Shown here in pieces: positions 36,207-46,961 of a DNA stretch of 64,000 nt. Each line of letters begins with the position of its first letter. Position 1 is the stretch's first letter. The DNA comes from Bryobacteraceae bacterium. GTDB taxonomy: Bacteria > Acidobacteriota > Terriglobia > Bryobacterales > Bryobacteraceae. The DNA is taken from contig CAXNGH010000005.1 of NCBI GenBank assembly GCA_964201715.1, forward strand, positions 25,665 to 89,664, in the 5' to 3' direction. The notes under the pieces were generated by a model, which made no database searches, had not been told where the DNA came from, and worked only from the letters and a program-made list of their open reading frames with translations. A program made the translations under genes and the position numbers.

Positions 36207-38015
36207 ATGCGCTTGTTTTGGTCCCTCCTCATCGCGAACGCCCTTTGGGCGCAAACCCCGAATCCGGTGCAGTGGACGGTCACCGCTGTCGCTGCGAAGG
36301 CTGAGGCCGGGGCATCGATTCGGCTGAAGTTGACTGCGGCGATTGAGTCGGGCTGGCATTTGTATTCGGTGACTTCGCCGGTGACGGCGACGGCGACGAA
36401 AATTACGGCGCCGTTTGAAGTGAGCCGGATTTTGCAACAGAAGGTGGAAGCGAAGTTCGACGCCGTGGCCGGGGCGACGACGGAGAGCTACGAGACGGCG
36501 GCGGTGTTCTACGTGGACGGGCTATTGAAAGACGCGGTCAAAGACCTCGAAGTGGTGATCCGGTCGAGCGCTTGCAATGATCGGCTCTGCTTGCCGCCGA
36601 AGAAGCGGACGTTTCCGATTGTATTGACGACGGGGGCGGTGGAGACGGCGGTGCTGGAGGGGTTTGCGGAGGCGAAGGCGGCTGCTCCGGCGGTGGTGGT
36701 GGCGGCGGCTCCAAAAGTGGCGCCGGCGAAGGAAGATTTATCGAGCTTTCTGCTGATCGCGTTTGGCTTGGGGTTGGCCGCAGTTTTTACCCCTTGCGTG
36801 TTTCCGATGATTCCGTTCACGCTCTCCTACTTCATTGGGCAGGGCGGCAAGAAGGGTTCTCTGGCGCAGGCAATCGTATTTTGCTTGGGCATTGTGGTGC
36901 TGTTTACGGGGATGGGGGTGGTTCTGTCGGCGGCGTTGGGGCCTTTTGCCGTGGTGCAGTTGAGCGCGAATCCTTGGGTGAATCTGACGATTTCGGCGGT
37001 GTTTTTTGCATTTGCGCTTTCGATGCTGGGGGCATTTGAGATCATGCTGCCGTCGGGGTTGCTGACGAAGTTGAACCAAGCGTCGGAGGGGGGGGGATAC
37101 GTCGGCGCGCTGTTGATGGGGTTGACGTTTTCGCTGACCTCGTTTGCTTGCGTGGGTCCGTTTGTGGGAACGTTGCTGGCGGCGTCGGTGCAAGGCGATA
37201 AACTGCAGCCGGTATTGGGGATGACCGCTTTTTCGTCGGGACTGGCGACGCCATTTTTCATCTTGGCGTTATTTCCGTCCTACTTGAAAAAGCTACCGCG
37301 GAGCGGGGATTGGATGATGCGGGTGAAGGTGGTGATGGCGTTTTTGATTTTGGCGGCGATGTTGAAGTATCTTTCAAACGTCGATTCGGTGCTGCAATTG
37401 AACCTGCTGACGCGCGAGCGTTTTCTGGCCGGCTGGATGATTCTGTTCGCGGCACCGGCGGCGTATCTGCTGGGATGGCTTCGTTTGGAAGGGATCAAGG
37501 CGGAGCAGGATGTGACGATCCCGCGATTGTTGCTGGGGTTGTTTTTGCTGGCGTTTTCGTTGAGTTTATGGCCGGGAATGTTGGGCGCTGCACTGGGCGA
37601 TCTGGATGCTTACGTGCCTCTGGCGTCGAAGTCGGCGAGCGGGGCGACGAGTGGCTATGCCGCGCTGCCTTGGAAGAAGAACGACCTGGCGGGTGCCTTG
37701 GCGGAGGCGAAGGCGGATGGGAAGCAGGTTTTCGTTAACTTTACCGGCTACGCTTGCACGAATTGCCACTGGATGAAAGCCAACATGTTTCCTCGGCCGG
37801 AGATTGCTGCGGCGTTGGGAAAGTACATTTTAGTTGAACTCTATACGGACGGGACCGATGCGGCCTCTGAGCAGAATCAGAAAGTTCAAGAGTCGCAATT
37901 CGCGACGGTCGCTATTCCTTACTACGTGATTCTCGATGCGGAGGGGAAGACTGTTCGGGGCTTTCCCGGACTGACTAAGGACCCCCAAGAATTCCTCAAA
38001 GTTCTCGTTCCATGA
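36207..38015 (+). CDS. dsbD: Thiol:disulfide interchange protein DsbD-like (N-domain + CcdA membrane core + C-terminal thioredoxin)
   Basis: 602 aa with LAAVFTPCVFPMIPFTLSYF and TSFACVGPFVG (membrane Cys pair) and C-terminal VNFTGYACTNCHWMK (CxxC). Confidence 0.85.
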   Translation: MRLFWSLLIANALWAQTPNPVQWTVTAVAAKAEAGASIRLKLTAAIESGWHLYSVTSPVTATATKITAPFEVSRILQQKVEAKFDAVAGATTESYETAAVFYVDGLLKDAVKDLEVVIRSSACNDRLCLPPKKRTFPIVLTTGAVETAVLEGFAEAKAAAPAVVVAAAPKVAPAKEDLSSFLLIAFGLGLAAVFTPCVFPMIPFTLSYFIGQGGKKGSLAQAIVFCLGIVVLFTGMGVVLSAALGPFAVVQLSANPWVNLTISAVFFAFALSMLGAFEIMLPSGLLTKLNQASEGGGYVGALLMGLTFSLTSFACVGPFVGTLLAASVQGDKLQPVLGMTAFSSGLATPFFILALFPSYLKKLPRSGDWMMRVKVVMAFLILAAMLKYLSNVDSVLQLNLLTRERFLAGWMILFAAPAAYLLGWLRLEGIKAEQDVTIPRLLLGLFLLAFSLSLWPGMLGAALGDLDAYVPLASKSASGATSGYAALPWKKNDLAGALAEAKADGKQVFVNFTGYACTNCHWMKANMFPRPEIAAALGKYILVELYTDGTDAASEQNQKVQESQFATVAIPYYVILDAEGKTVRGFPGLTKDPQEFLKVLVP

Positions 38016-40051
38016 AACTTACTCTTTCCCTTTTTCTGGTCGTAGCGGCTTACGCGCAGGCCCCGATTCGTGGTTTTTTCGAAGGTGGGTTGGCGAAGCA
38101 GCGGGCGCTGGAAGCGCAACTTTTGGCGCAGCCGGATCCGGCGCGGATCGAAGCTCACATGAAAGCGATGGCGTCGGAGCCGCACCACGCGGGCTCGCCG
38201 GCGTCGCGGAAGGTGGCCGAATACGCCTTGAAAGAGTTCCGGACGGCTGGGTTGGAGGCCAAGATTGAGACGTTTGAGGCATTGCTGCCGTATCCGAAAG
38301 AGCGGGCTCTCTCGTTGGGAAAGTTTAAGGCGCGGTTGTCAGAGCCTAACTTTGCTGAAGATCCCGATTCGACCGATAAGAATCAACTGCCGACTTATAA
38401 TGCTTACTCGGCAGACGGCGACCTTAAAGCTCCTCTCGTATACGTGAACTACGGCGTTCCAGAAGATTATGAATATCTGAAGAAACAGGGGGTCGACGTT
38501 CGAGGCAAAATTGTGATTGCGCGTTATGGGCAGTCCTGGCGAGGGGTGAAGCCGAAAGTGGCGGCTGAAAACGGAGCGGTCGGTTGCCTGATTTACTCGG
38601 ATCCGAAGGAAGATGGTTACTTTCAGGGGGATGTGTATCCGGCCGGGGCCTATCGCTGTGAGTACGGGGTGCAGCGGGGCAGCGTGATGGATATGTCCTT
38701 ATATGTGGGCGACCCATTGTCCCCTGGTTTTGCTTCGGAACCGGGCGGGCAGAAGCGGCTGTCGCTGAAAGAGGCGAAGACGCTGATGTCGATTCCGGTG
38801 ATGCCGATTTCCTATGGCGATGCGAAGCCGTTGCTGGAATCGCTGGGAGGGCCGACGGCGCCGGAGGGCTGGCGCGGGGCGCTTCCGATCACTTACAAGC
38901 TGGGGCCGGGGACGGTGTCGGCCCATTTGAAGCTGACGCATGACTGGGGTACGCGGCCGGTGCATAACGTGATCGCCACGATTCGGGGCAGCGTTTTTCC
39001 GGACGAGTGGGTGCTGTACGGGAACCATCACGACGCGTGGGTGAATGGGGCGAACGACCCGATTTCCGGGGCTTCGGCGGTGCTGGAGACGGCGCGGGCG
39101 TTTGGGGAGATGTATAAGAAAGGCTGGCGGCCGAAGCGGACGATTGTGTTTGCGCTGTGGGATGCAGAAGAGTTTGGTTTGGTGGGTTCGACCGAGTGGG
39201 TGGAGAAACATCTGCCGGAGTTGAAGAAGAAGGCGGTGGCTTACTTCAATAGTGATTCGAATGGGGAGGGCGTTTTGGGATTGGGCGCAACGCCGGCGTT
39301 GAGCCTGTTTTTGGAGCAGGTGGCTCGCGATGTGAGGGATCCGGTGACGGGGGAGAGCGTGCTTTCCTTGATCCTGAAGGTGCAGAAACCGTTTCAGCCG
39401 GGGCCGCTGGGGTCAGGATCGGACTATGTTGGTTTCGTTCATCATGGGGGCATTGCGGGGGTGAACTTTGGTTTTTCGAGCGCGGTTTCGGGCGGAGGCG
39501 GGGTGTATCATTCGGCCTTTGATTCGTTCGCCTGGTATAAGCGGTTTTCGGATGGAACGTTTGTGTACGGCAAGGCGCTGTCGCAGGTGGCGGCTTTGTC
39601 GCTGGTGCGCATGAGCGAGGCACCGATTGTACCGTTCGAGTTTACGCGGGCGGTGGCGACGATTATCCAGTATTGGACCGAGGTGGAGAAATTGGCGGTT
39701 GAGCGGAGAGTTACTTTGCCGGATTTACGGCCTAACTTAGAGCGGCTTGCTGCGGCGGCGAAGCAGTTTGAAACCGATTATGCCGGGGCGAAGGGCGGGG
39801 CGCGGGAGGTCTATTTGACGGAGCGGGCGCTGCTGCTGCCGGATGGGTTGCCGGGGCGGCCTTGGTATAAGGGGGCTGTCTCCGCACCGGGGCGGTATAC
39901 GGGTTACGGGGCGAAGACGATCGCCGGGGTGCGGGAGAGTTTGGAGCTGAATCAGACGTCGCAGGCGTTGGAGCAAACGAAGGTGTTTGGTGCCGTGCTC
40001 GATCGATATGCTGCCGCGATTGTGACGGCGGGGCGCCGGTTGCCGCGTTAA
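38012..40051 (+). CDS. M28-family peptidase, glutamate-carboxypeptidase-II/transferrin-receptor-like (PA + M28 + dimerisation domains)
   Basis: 679 aa with a signal peptide. Motifs: VNYGVPEDYEYL...GKIVIARYG (PA domain), LYGNHHDAW, FALWDAEEFGLVGSTEW, GSGSDYVGFVHHGGIA. Its start overlaps the dsbD stop (ATGA). Confidence 0.85.
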   Translation: MKLTLSLFLVVAAYAQAPIRGFFEGGLAKQRALEAQLLAQPDPARIEAHMKAMASEPHHAGSPASRKVAEYALKEFRTAGLEAKIETFEALLPYPKERALSLGKFKARLSEPNFAEDPDSTDKNQLPTYNAYSADGDLKAPLVYVNYGVPEDYEYLKKQGVDVRGKIVIARYGQSWRGVKPKVAAENGAVGCLIYSDPKEDGYFQGDVYPAGAYRCEYGVQRGSVMDMSLYVGDPLSPGFASEPGGQKRLSLKEAKTLMSIPVMPISYGDAKPLLESLGGPTAPEGWRGALPITYKLGPGTVSAHLKLTHDWGTRPVHNVIATIRGSVFPDEWVLYGNHHDAWVNGANDPISGASAVLETARAFGEMYKKGWRPKRTIVFALWDAEEFGLVGSTEWVEKHLPELKKKAVAYFNSDSNGEGVLGLGATPALSLFLEQVARDVRDPVTGESVLSLILKVQKPFQPGPLGSGSDYVGFVHHGGIAGVNFGFSSAVSGGGGVYHSAFDSFAWYKRFSDGTFVYGKALSQVAALSLVRMSEAPIVPFEFTRAVATIIQYWTEVEKLAVERRVTLPDLRPNLERLAAAAKQFETDYAGAKGGAREVYLTERALLLPDGLPGRPWYKGAVSAPGRYTGYGAKTIAGVRESLELNQTSQALEQTKVFGAVLDRYAAAIVTAGRRLPR

Positions 40052-40268
40052 CCGAATCTTGTCGGCATCGTTCGGCCCCACCGGTGGGGCGATAACCCTA
40101 GTGCTTGATGACGCTATAGTTGCTACCAGTCACGAGCGCGGGCGCGCAGACAATGGATCTGCGCTGCGAATAGGACTGCGCATTTCACGGGATGTATACG
40201 GGGCGCGGCCCCCGGGATTCAAGCAGATCAGGTCAGAGGACGTGGGTCTTCAGTGACACGGGCTAGGC

Positions 40269-40288
40269 CAATATTCAAGCAATATTCA
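40269..40288. promoter_or_regulatory. Tandem 9-mer CAATATTCA-AG-CAATATTCA, a candidate operator upstream of the TonB-dependent receptor
   Basis: Two identical 9-mers with 11-bp periodicity, each containing the palindrome AATATT, lie 35-54 nt upstream of the ATG at 40323. Confidence 0.3.
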
Positions 40289-40322
40289 CGGTTTATTGAC
40301 GTCCTGTTGCTATTTTCAGAAG

Positions 40323-43300
40323 ATGAGAATTCTATTTCTGCTTGCCGTGGCGCTTCCTACGTGCTGGGCCCAGTTCGATTCGGCCGTAATCCTCGGCACG
40401 ATCCGAGACCAGCGTGGCGGCGTCCTCTCCGGCGCCACGGTAACCGCGAAAAACAAGCAGACGGGCTTGACCGTCGTCGCAAAAACCGATGAGAAAGGCG
40501 ATTATCTTTTCCCGTCCGTTAAGATCGGCAGCTACCAAGTCAGCGCCGAGGCGTCCGGGTTTTCGAAGACCCAGGTTGACGAGATTCGGTTGACTGTGGA
40601 GGCCCGGCAGCGCATTGATTTGGCGCTTTCGGTTGGAACCGTGGCGGAGACAGTGACTGTTGAAGCGACGAATCCGCTGCTTGAAACCGACTCAAGTTCG
40701 AAGGGCCAGATCATTGGTCAGCAGACGATTGTGGGCTTGCCGCTGCAGGGTCGCTCCTATGCGAATCTGGCGTTGCTCGTGCCGGGCGTTCGGCAGTCGC
40801 AGTCTGGCAATTCGGGTGATATTTCCTTCCGCCGCGAGGGGTCCTATAACGTGAATGGACTGCGCAGCGTTTTCAATAACTTTCTTCTCGACGGGGTGGA
40901 TAACAACTTCTACGGCACGACGAATCAAGGTTTCTCGAACCAAGCGATTCAGCCTTCGCCGGACTCGGTGGCGGAGTTCCGTATGTCGATTAACGCTTAC
41001 ACGGCTGAGTATGGTCGCACTGGCGGCGCAGTGATGAACGTGAGTACGCGTTCTGGTACCAACCAGTTTCATGGCAGCGCGTGGGAGTTCCTGCAGAATA
41101 CGAAGATGAATGCGACTGGGTTTTTTAAGCCGGTTGACAACCGCAAGCCGCAATCGAATCGCAACCAGTTCGGTTTCACGTTCGGCGGTCCGATTGTCAA
41201 GGACCGGACGTTTTTCTTTGCCGACTTCGAGGGCGGTCGGTGGATTCAGGCCCCGTTCGGGTTGGCCTCTCTGCCGAGTCTGGCGCAGCGCCAAGGTATT
41301 CTTCCGAGCGATATCCGTGTTCCGATCAACTATCGGGATGCGGATGGACGGCAAGTGACGGCGGGAACGATTATCCCGGCTGGGCAGCCGGTGCCGATGA
41401 CCGCGTTGGCTCGCCGCGTGATGGCCGAACTGCCGGCTCCGAATCGGATCGGAGGCGGGGCGCTCGGCGTGGCAAATAACTTCGGTGGCTTCGCTCGCAA
41501 TCAATTGTTCGATGATAAGGGCGCGATCAAATTGGACCACACGATTTCGGCGCGGATGAGCTCGTTCTTTCGTTACAGCCAACGTCGGCAGGATATTGAA
41601 CAGCCTGGTTTAGTGACCGGTTTTTCGGGTGGCAATGCCCTAGGATTTTTAAATACTTACAACCAGCAGGGCATTATGGGTTTGACGTTTACCAAGTCGC
41701 CGACTGAGGTGATTGAGTATCGGTTTTCGGTTACGCGGCTAGGAATGGATCGGTTGCCGGCGCAAGTTGGTGGGCCGAGCATGCAGGACTTGTTTGGTAT
41801 CTCTGGACTGCCGACGGGTGACCGCATTCGGGGTGGCGTGACTCCGCAGGACATTGTTGGCTTTGCACGGATCGGTCGGCAATCGACGAATCCGCAGGCG
41901 CAATTTCCGACGACGATTAACTCGCGCTTGAATCTGAGCAAGCTCGTCGGGAAGCACTCGTTCAAGATGGGCTATGAGCTGTTGCAGCTCAACATTCGGG
42001 TGGATGATACGAACCCGCTGTATGGTATCGACGGGTTCGGCGGCTTTTTTAGCCGACCGACGGGCGGCACGGCGAACACGACGGTTTATTCGCTTGCCGA
42101 CTTCTATGCCGGGGCCCGGGCGTCGTACCAGCTTGCTACGCAGGTGGAGGCCAAGGTTCGTCAGCAGGCGCATTGGTGGTATTTTCAAGACGACTTCAAA
42201 ATGTCGGATAAGCTGACGTTGAACTTGGGACTTCGGTATGAGCTGACGTCGCCGTTCTACGACGGGGACAACAAGTTGTCGAACTGGAATCCGACCACGA
42301 ACCAGATTGAAGTTACCAAGGGCGGTAATATCTCGGAGCGAGCTCTGCGTAACCTGGACAAGAATAACTTTGCGCCTCGGATCGGGGCAGCCTATAAGAT
42401 CAACTCGAAAATGGTGGTCCGAGGCGGGTATGGCTTGGGCTACAACTACTGGAATCGCATGGCTTCGGCGGAATTGCTGAGCACCAACGCTCCGTTTGTG
42501 ACGCGCTTCTCGCGCCAGAATTCGGCGGCGAATCTCGGCAACCTTTGCGGAGGCAATAGCTTCGATAATTGCTTCCGAACTCGCGAGCAGGGCTACCCGA
42601 CCAACCTGCCGAGCAACGTGATTCTGTATACGCAGCGAGATATGCCGTTCGGGTATATCCAAAATTGGCACGTTTCTTTGCAGTACAACTTGTTGAAGAA
42701 CACGCTGATCGACGTGGCCTACGTGGGGAACAAGGGTAGCCTTTTGCCGCTGCTCGGGGACTTCAACCAGGCGCGGCCGATCACGGCGGCGGAACAGGCG
42801 CAGGGCCTGACGACGCTCGGCACATTGCAGGCGCGTCGGCCGTATGCTGGGTTCGGGAATATCACCTCGGTGGTTCCGACCGGCTTCTCCAACTACAACG
42901 GCCTGCAGACGAAGTTCGAGCAGCGCGGGAAGTACTTGCAATTACTCAGCTCGTTCACTTACTCGAAGGCGATCGACAACGTTGGTCAGGTGCTGGAAGG
43001 GTCCAACGGCGGTTCTCCGAATCCGCAGGATATCCGCAATCCGAAGAACGATCGCGGCGCATCCAGCTTCGATCAGCGCTTTAACTCGACGACGAGCTTC
43101 AGTTACGATCTGCCGTTTTTCAAAAAGAATTACCTGCTAGGCGGTTGGAACGTGGCTTCGATCATTACGTTGACTTCGGGTCAGCCGTTGAATATCCGCT
43201 ACCCGGACAACGACGCCCGGCTGTCGGATGGCCAGGCTGACTTCCTCGGCAATGTCGCGTTACGGCCTAACTTGATCGATCCCGCACTAGGCGCGAAGGC

Positions 43301-43616
43301 TCCCGATGCGGTGCGCGACTATACGAACTACTTCAACCGGGCCAATCTGGCGATTCCGAATGCGAATTCGCCGTTTGGGAATCTAGGACGCAACGTCGTC
43401 AACGGCTTCCCGCTCTATCAGGTGGATTTCACGGTGGCGAAGAGCTTTGCGTTGACTGAACGTTTTAAGCTGATGTTCCGGAGCGAGTTCTTCAATTTGT
43501 TGAACAAAACGAACTTCTCGGCTCCGGCGGTGGACGTTACCTCGGCGGCGTTCGGGCGGGTATCGAGCACGTTCGACCCCCGCGCGGTGCAGATGGCATT
43601 GAAGTTGTCGTTCTAA
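40323..43616 (+). CDS. TonB-dependent receptor with carboxypeptidase-regulatory-like domain (paralogue of 23547-26765)
   Basis: Start at ATG 40323 (MRILFLLAVALPTCWAQ). Then GTIRDQRGGVLSGATVTAKN...GSYQVSAEASGFSK, the plug LPLQGRSYANLALLVPG, and the C-terminal ...[11 protein letters not shown]. Confidence 0.9.
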   Translation: MRILFLLAVALPTCWAQFDSAVILGTIRDQRGGVLSGATVTAKNKQTGLTVVAKTDEKGDYLFPSVKIGSYQVSAEASGFSKTQVDEIRLTVEARQRIDLALSVGTVAETVTVEATNPLLETDSSSKGQIIGQQTIVGLPLQGRSYANLALLVPGVRQSQSGNSGDISFRREGSYNVNGLRSVFNNFLLDGVDNNFYGTTNQGFSNQAIQPSPDSVAEFRMSINAYTAEYGRTGGAVMNVSTRSGTNQFHGSAWEFLQNTKMNATGFFKPVDNRKPQSNRNQFGFTFGGPIVKDRTFFFADFEGGRWIQAPFGLASLPSLAQRQGILPSDIRVPINYRDADGRQVTAGTIIPAGQPVPMTALARRVMAELPAPNRIGGGALGVANNFGGFARNQLFDDKGAIKLDHTISARMSSFFRYSQRRQDIEQPGLVTGFSGGNALGFLNTYNQQGIMGLTFTKSPTEVIEYRFSVTRLGMDRLPAQVGGPSMQDLFGISGLPTGDRIRGGVTPQDIVGFARIGRQSTNPQAQFPTTINSRLNLSKLVGKHSFKMGYELLQLNIRVDDTNPLYGIDGFGGFFSRPTGGTANTTVYSLADFYAGARASYQLATQVEAKVRQQAHWWYFQDDFKMSDKLTLNLGLRYELTSPFYDGDNKLSNWNPTTNQIEVTKGGNISERALRNLDKNNFAPRIGAAYKINSKMVVRGGYGLGYNYWNRMASAELLSTNAPFVTRFSRQNSAANLGNLCGGNSFDNCFRTREQGYPTNLPSNVILYTQRDMPFGYIQNWHVSLQYNLLKNTLIDVAYVGNKGSLLPLLGDFNQARPITAAEQAQGLTTLGTLQARRPYAGFGNITSVVPTGFSNYNGLQTKFEQRGKYLQLLSSFTYSKAIDNVGQVLEGSNGGSPNPQDIRNPKNDRGASSFDQRFNSTTSFSYDLPFFKKNYLLGGWNVASIITLTSGQPLNIRYPDNDARLSDGQADFLGNVALRPNLIDPALGAKAPDAVRDYTNYFNRANLAIPNANSPFGNLGRNVVNGFPLYQVDFTVAKSFALTERFKLMFRSEFFNLLNKTNFSAPAVDVTSAAFGRVSSTFDPRAVQMALKLSF

Positions 43617-44314
43617 AGCATTTTGCGCAGGTCGTCTAGCGATAGACGGCCTGTGTAGATTGCCATCCCGAGCGCTGCGTGCACGTTCATGGCTTGCAGC
43701 GCTCGGACGTCGTCTAACGTAGTCACTCCACCGGCAGCGGTAAGTTCGTGGGACGGGCTCATGGCTGCCCGTAGGCGACGGAACCAGTCGAGATCGGTTC
43801 CCTGCATCATTCCTTCTTTGTCGACGTAAGTACACAAGAAGCCCCCACAGTAGGGTTCGAGTTCGCTGATCAACTCTTCGGCGGTGAAGTTGAGGGACTC
43901 GGTCCAGCCCTTCACCGCGATCTTTCCGCCTTTGGAATCGAGGGCGATGAGTAGCATTTCGGGGCCGACGGCGGCGACCATTTCGCTCAGTAGAGCGTGG
44001 TTGGGCCCATCGGCGCGGAAGGCCGAGGTGCCGACGATGATGCGGCGGGCGCCTTGTTCGGCTAGTTTTTCAGCGCGTTCGGGGGAGCGCACACCGCCGC
44101 CGACGCGGCAGCGGGCTTTGGCGCAGAGAGCCTCGACGATCAAGTCGTTTTCGCCTTTGCCGAGGGCGGCGTCGAGATCGATGACTTGGATCTCCGGGAA
44201 GCCGGCGAACTTCGCGACCATCACTTCGGGCGCGTCGCCTTCGAGGGCTTTTTCTTTGCCCTGGATGAGCTGAACCACTTTGCCATCCATTAGATCAATG
44301 CAAGGTAAGATCAC
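43613..44314 (-). CDS. hisA: ProFAR isomerase HisA (HisA/HisF TIM-barrel family)
   Basis: 233 aa with [30 protein letters not shown] and [11 protein letters not shown]. It is the last gene of the his operon. Confidence 0.8.
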   Translation of the reverse strand: MILPCIDLMDGKVVQLIQGKEKALEGDAPEVMVAKFAGFPEIQVIDLDAALGKGENDLIVEALCAKARCRVGGGVRSPERAEKLAEQGARRIIVGTSAFRADGPNHALLSEMVAAVGPEMLLIALDSKGGKIAVKGWTESLNFTAEELISELEPYCGGFLCTYVDKEGMMQGTDLDWFRRLRAAMSPSHELTAAGGVTTLDDVRALQAMNVHAALGMAIYTGRLSLDDLRKML

Positions 44315-45078
44315 TTGGTTCTCCGCACGACGATGCCGCGCTTATCTAGAAACTCTTTGAGGTCATCGACAGTGTAAGTGCCGAAGTGGAAGATGCTGGC
44401 GGCGAGGGCGGCGTCGGCTTCGCCTTCGGTGAGTACTTTGAGGAAGTGTTCGGGTTTTCCGGCTCCGCCGCTGGCGATGACGGGGATGCGGGTGGCGCGG
44501 GAGACGGCGGCGGTTAACTCGCAGTCGAAGCCGTCCTGGACGCCGTCGGTATCCATCGAGGTGAGCAGGATTTCGCCGGCGCCGAGTTCCATGCCTTTGG
44601 CGGCCCAGGCGACGGCGTCGATGCCTTCGTCGACGCGGCCGCCTTTGGTGAAGACGTTCCAACCGCCGCCGCCGGGTCGACGGCGGGCGTCGATGGCGAG
44701 GACGACGGCTTGGGCGCCGAACTCATTGGAGAGTTTGGTTATGAGTTTCGGTTCACGTACGGCGGCGGTGTTGACGCTCACTTTGTCGGCACCCGCCATG
44801 AGGATTTTGCGGGCGTCGACGATGGAGCGGAGACCGCCACCGACGGTGAGCGGGATGAATACTTTTTGAGCGGTGCGGGCGACGACGTCGACCATTGTTT
44901 TGCGTTCGTCGCTGGAGGCGGTGATGTCGAGGAAGACGAGTTCGTCGGCACCTTGGGCGTTGTAGCGTTCGGAGAGTTCGACGGGGTCTCCGGCGTCGAT
45001 CAGGTTGACGAAGTTGACGCCTTTGACGACGCGCCCGGCGGTGACATCGAGGCAGGGGATGATGCGTTTAGCGAGCAT
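44311..45078 (-). CDS. hisF: Imidazole glycerol phosphate synthase cyclase subunit HisF
   Basis: The preferred start is the ATG at comp. 45076-45078 ([23 protein letters not shown]...). Motifs: [31 protein letters not shown]. The track start at 45108 lies inside hisH. Confidence 0.9.
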   Translation of the reverse strand: MLAKRIIPCLDVTAGRVVKGVNFVNLIDAGDPVELSERYNAQGADELVFLDITASSDERKTMVDVVARTAQKVFIPLTVGGGLRSIVDARKILMAGADKVSVNTAAVREPKLITKLSNEFGAQAVVLAIDARRRPGGGGWNVFTKGGRVDEGIDAVAWAAKGMELGAGEILLTSMDTDGVQDGFDCELTAAVSRATRIPVIASGGAGKPEHFLKVLTEGEADAALAASIFHFGTYTVDDLKEFLDKRGIVVRRTK

Positions 45079-45082
45079 GGTA

Positions 45083-45682
45083 TCAAAGGTCCACGAAGTT
45101 TTTGACAATCTGTAATCCTAGGGCGCCGGACTTTTCCGGGTGAAATTGGACGCCGTAGACGTTTTCGAATTCGAGGACGGCGGTGAAGGGCTCAGAGTAA
45201 ATGCAGGTAGCCGCGGCGTGTTGGTGGGCGGGCACGTAGTAACTATGGGCGAAGTATAAGTAGGGCCGTTCGGGCAGGTTGCGGAGGAGTTTGGAGCCGG
45301 CCTTGACTTCGAGTTCGTTCCAGCCCATGTGGGGAACGCGGGCGTCGTTGGGGAACCGTTTGACCTTGCCCGCGAAGAGGCCTAGGCCTTGGAGCTCGGG
45401 GGCTTCTTCGCTTTCCTCGAAGAGAGCTTGGAGGCCGAGGCAGATGCCGAGAAAGGGCACGCCGGCGGCGATGCGCGTGAGGATGGGTTTGCGGACGCGC
45501 ATGGCGTCGAGGGTGCGGACCATTTGGCCGAAGTGGCCAACGCCGGGGAGGATGATTTTTTCGGCGGATTCGAGGCCGGCGGCGTCGTCGACCAGTTCGT
45601 ATTGTGCTCCGATGGCGCCGAGCGTGTTGAGTACGCTGCGGAGGTTTCCGGCGCCGTAATCGAAGACGACTACTTTACTCAT
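45083..45682 (-). CDS. hisH: Imidazole glycerol phosphate synthase glutaminase subunit HisH
   Basis: Start at the ATG at comp. 45680-45682 ([17 protein letters not shown]), overlapping the hisB stop (ATGA). Motifs: [19 protein letters not shown] (catalytic Cys), GVQFHPEKS. Confidence 0.9.
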   Translation of the reverse strand: MSKVVVFDYGAGNLRSVLNTLGAIGAQYELVDDAAGLESAEKIILPGVGHFGQMVRTLDAMRVRKPILTRIAAGVPFLGICLGLQALFEESEEAPELQGLGLFAGKVKRFPNDARVPHMGWNELEVKAGSKLLRNLPERPYLYFAHSYYVPAHQHAAATCIYSEPFTAVLEFENVYGVQFHPEKSGALGLQIVKNFVDL

Positions 45683-46281
45683 GCGGTGGTTCCTTCGAGG
45701 AGGCCCTTGGTGGAGGGGAGTTGGTCTTTGAGGCGGGCGTCCTTCGAAGTGGCGAACTTCATGGCGCGGGCGAAGCATTTGAAGATGCTTTCGAGCTTGT
45801 GGTGGTTGCTTCGTCCGTATAGCACCTTGCAATGGACGTTGGCTCCGGCATGGACGGCGAAGCCGTCGAAGAAGTCGTGGACTAACTCGACTTGGAGGTC
45901 GCCGACTAAGCGCACCTTGACTAAGTCGGAGTAGACGAGGGCGGGGCGGCCGCCGAGGTCGATGGCGACAACGCTGAGGGTTTCGTCCATCGGCATGACG
46001 AAGTAGCCGGCGCGGTTGATTCCTTTGCGGTCGCCGAGGGCTTTGGCGAAGAGTTGGCCGAGGGCGATGCCGACGTCTTCGACGGTGTGATGCTGGTCGA
46101 CGTCGAGGTCACCGGTGGCGGTGAGTTCGAGATCGAAGCCGCCGTGCTTCGTGAAGAGTTCGAGCATGTGATCGAAGAAGCGGATACCGGTGGAAATTTG
46201 ATACCTCCCCTTGCCTTCGATCTTCAGTTTTCCGCGGATTTGGGTTTCTTTGGTGATGCGTTCTACGGTGGCGGTTCTCAT
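45679..46281 (-). CDS. hisB: Imidazoleglycerol-phosphate dehydratase HisB
   Basis: 200 aa with [42 protein letters not shown] and [15 protein letters not shown]. Confidence 0.95.
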   Translation of the reverse strand: MRTATVERITKETQIRGKLKIEGKGRYQISTGIRFFDHMLELFTKHGGFDLELTATGDLDVDQHHTVEDVGIALGQLFAKALGDRKGINRAGYFVMPMDETLSVVAIDLGGRPALVYSDLVKVRLVGDLQVELVHDFFDGFAVHAGANVHCKVLYGRSNHHKLESIFKCFARAMKFATSKDARLKDQLPSTKGLLEGTTA

Positions 46282-46961
46282 CGGCTGGCGAGGGCTCCTA
46301 CGAGTTCGTTGATGTTGTCAATGACGACGAAGGCGCCCTCGGCTTGGAGGAGGGCGACGGTGTCTTGGTAGCGGGTGTTGGCGCGGTGGGCGACGCCGAC
46401 GAAGGGCACGCCGGCGCGTTGGGCGCTACGGGCGTCGTCGACGGTATCGCCAACATAGACGAACTTACGGCCGGGGAGGCCGGCCATGATCTGTAGCATG
46501 CCTTCGGGGTCGGGCTTCCCGTTGGTTACGTCATCGGCGCCGACGACGGGAGCGAAGGTCAGATTTTGGGCGAAGCGGTCGAGGGTCATTTGGGCTTCGG
46601 CGCGTTCGCGGCCAGTGAAGACGGAGAAGTCGTAAGTTTCGGCGAGGCCTTCGAGGCAGCCGGGTTGGGCGATCCACTGTTCGCGCTGCATGAGGCCGTC
46701 GTTATTGGGGCCGAAGAAGATCTGCTGGAAGTAGGTGACGACGTCGGCGTAATTGAGGGGGACGCCGAGGTCGGCGGCGATCTTCTGCGAGAGGGCCCAA
46801 TCGTTGTTCCAGCCGCCACCGTTTTTGTATTCCTGAATCAGATCCCGGGCGATGACTTTGCCGGTGAAGTGCTCGACGGTACGGACGACGGTTTCGCGGT
46901 AGGACTCGGTGACGTCGACTAAGACGCCGTCCATGTCGAAAATGATCATTTCCTTCGCCAT
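46278..46961 (-). CDS. HAD-superfamily hydrolase embedded in the his operon (candidate histidinol-phosphatase)
   Basis: 227 aa with [12 protein letters not shown] (DxDG motif I), VFTGRER (motif II region), GKPDPEGM and [12 protein letters not shown] (motifs III/IV). It is translationally coupled to hisC (16-nt overlap) and hisB (ATGA). Confidence 0.75.
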   Translation of the reverse strand: MAKEMIIFDMDGVLVDVTESYRETVVRTVEHFTGKVIARDLIQEYKNGGGWNNDWALSQKIAADLGVPLNYADVVTYFQQIFFGPNNDGLMQREQWIAQPGCLEGLAETYDFSVFTGRERAEAQMTLDRFAQNLTFAPVVGADDVTNGKPDPEGMLQIMAGLPGRKFVYVGDTVDDARSAQRAGVPFVGVAHRANTRYQDTVALLQAEGAFVVIDNINELVGALASR

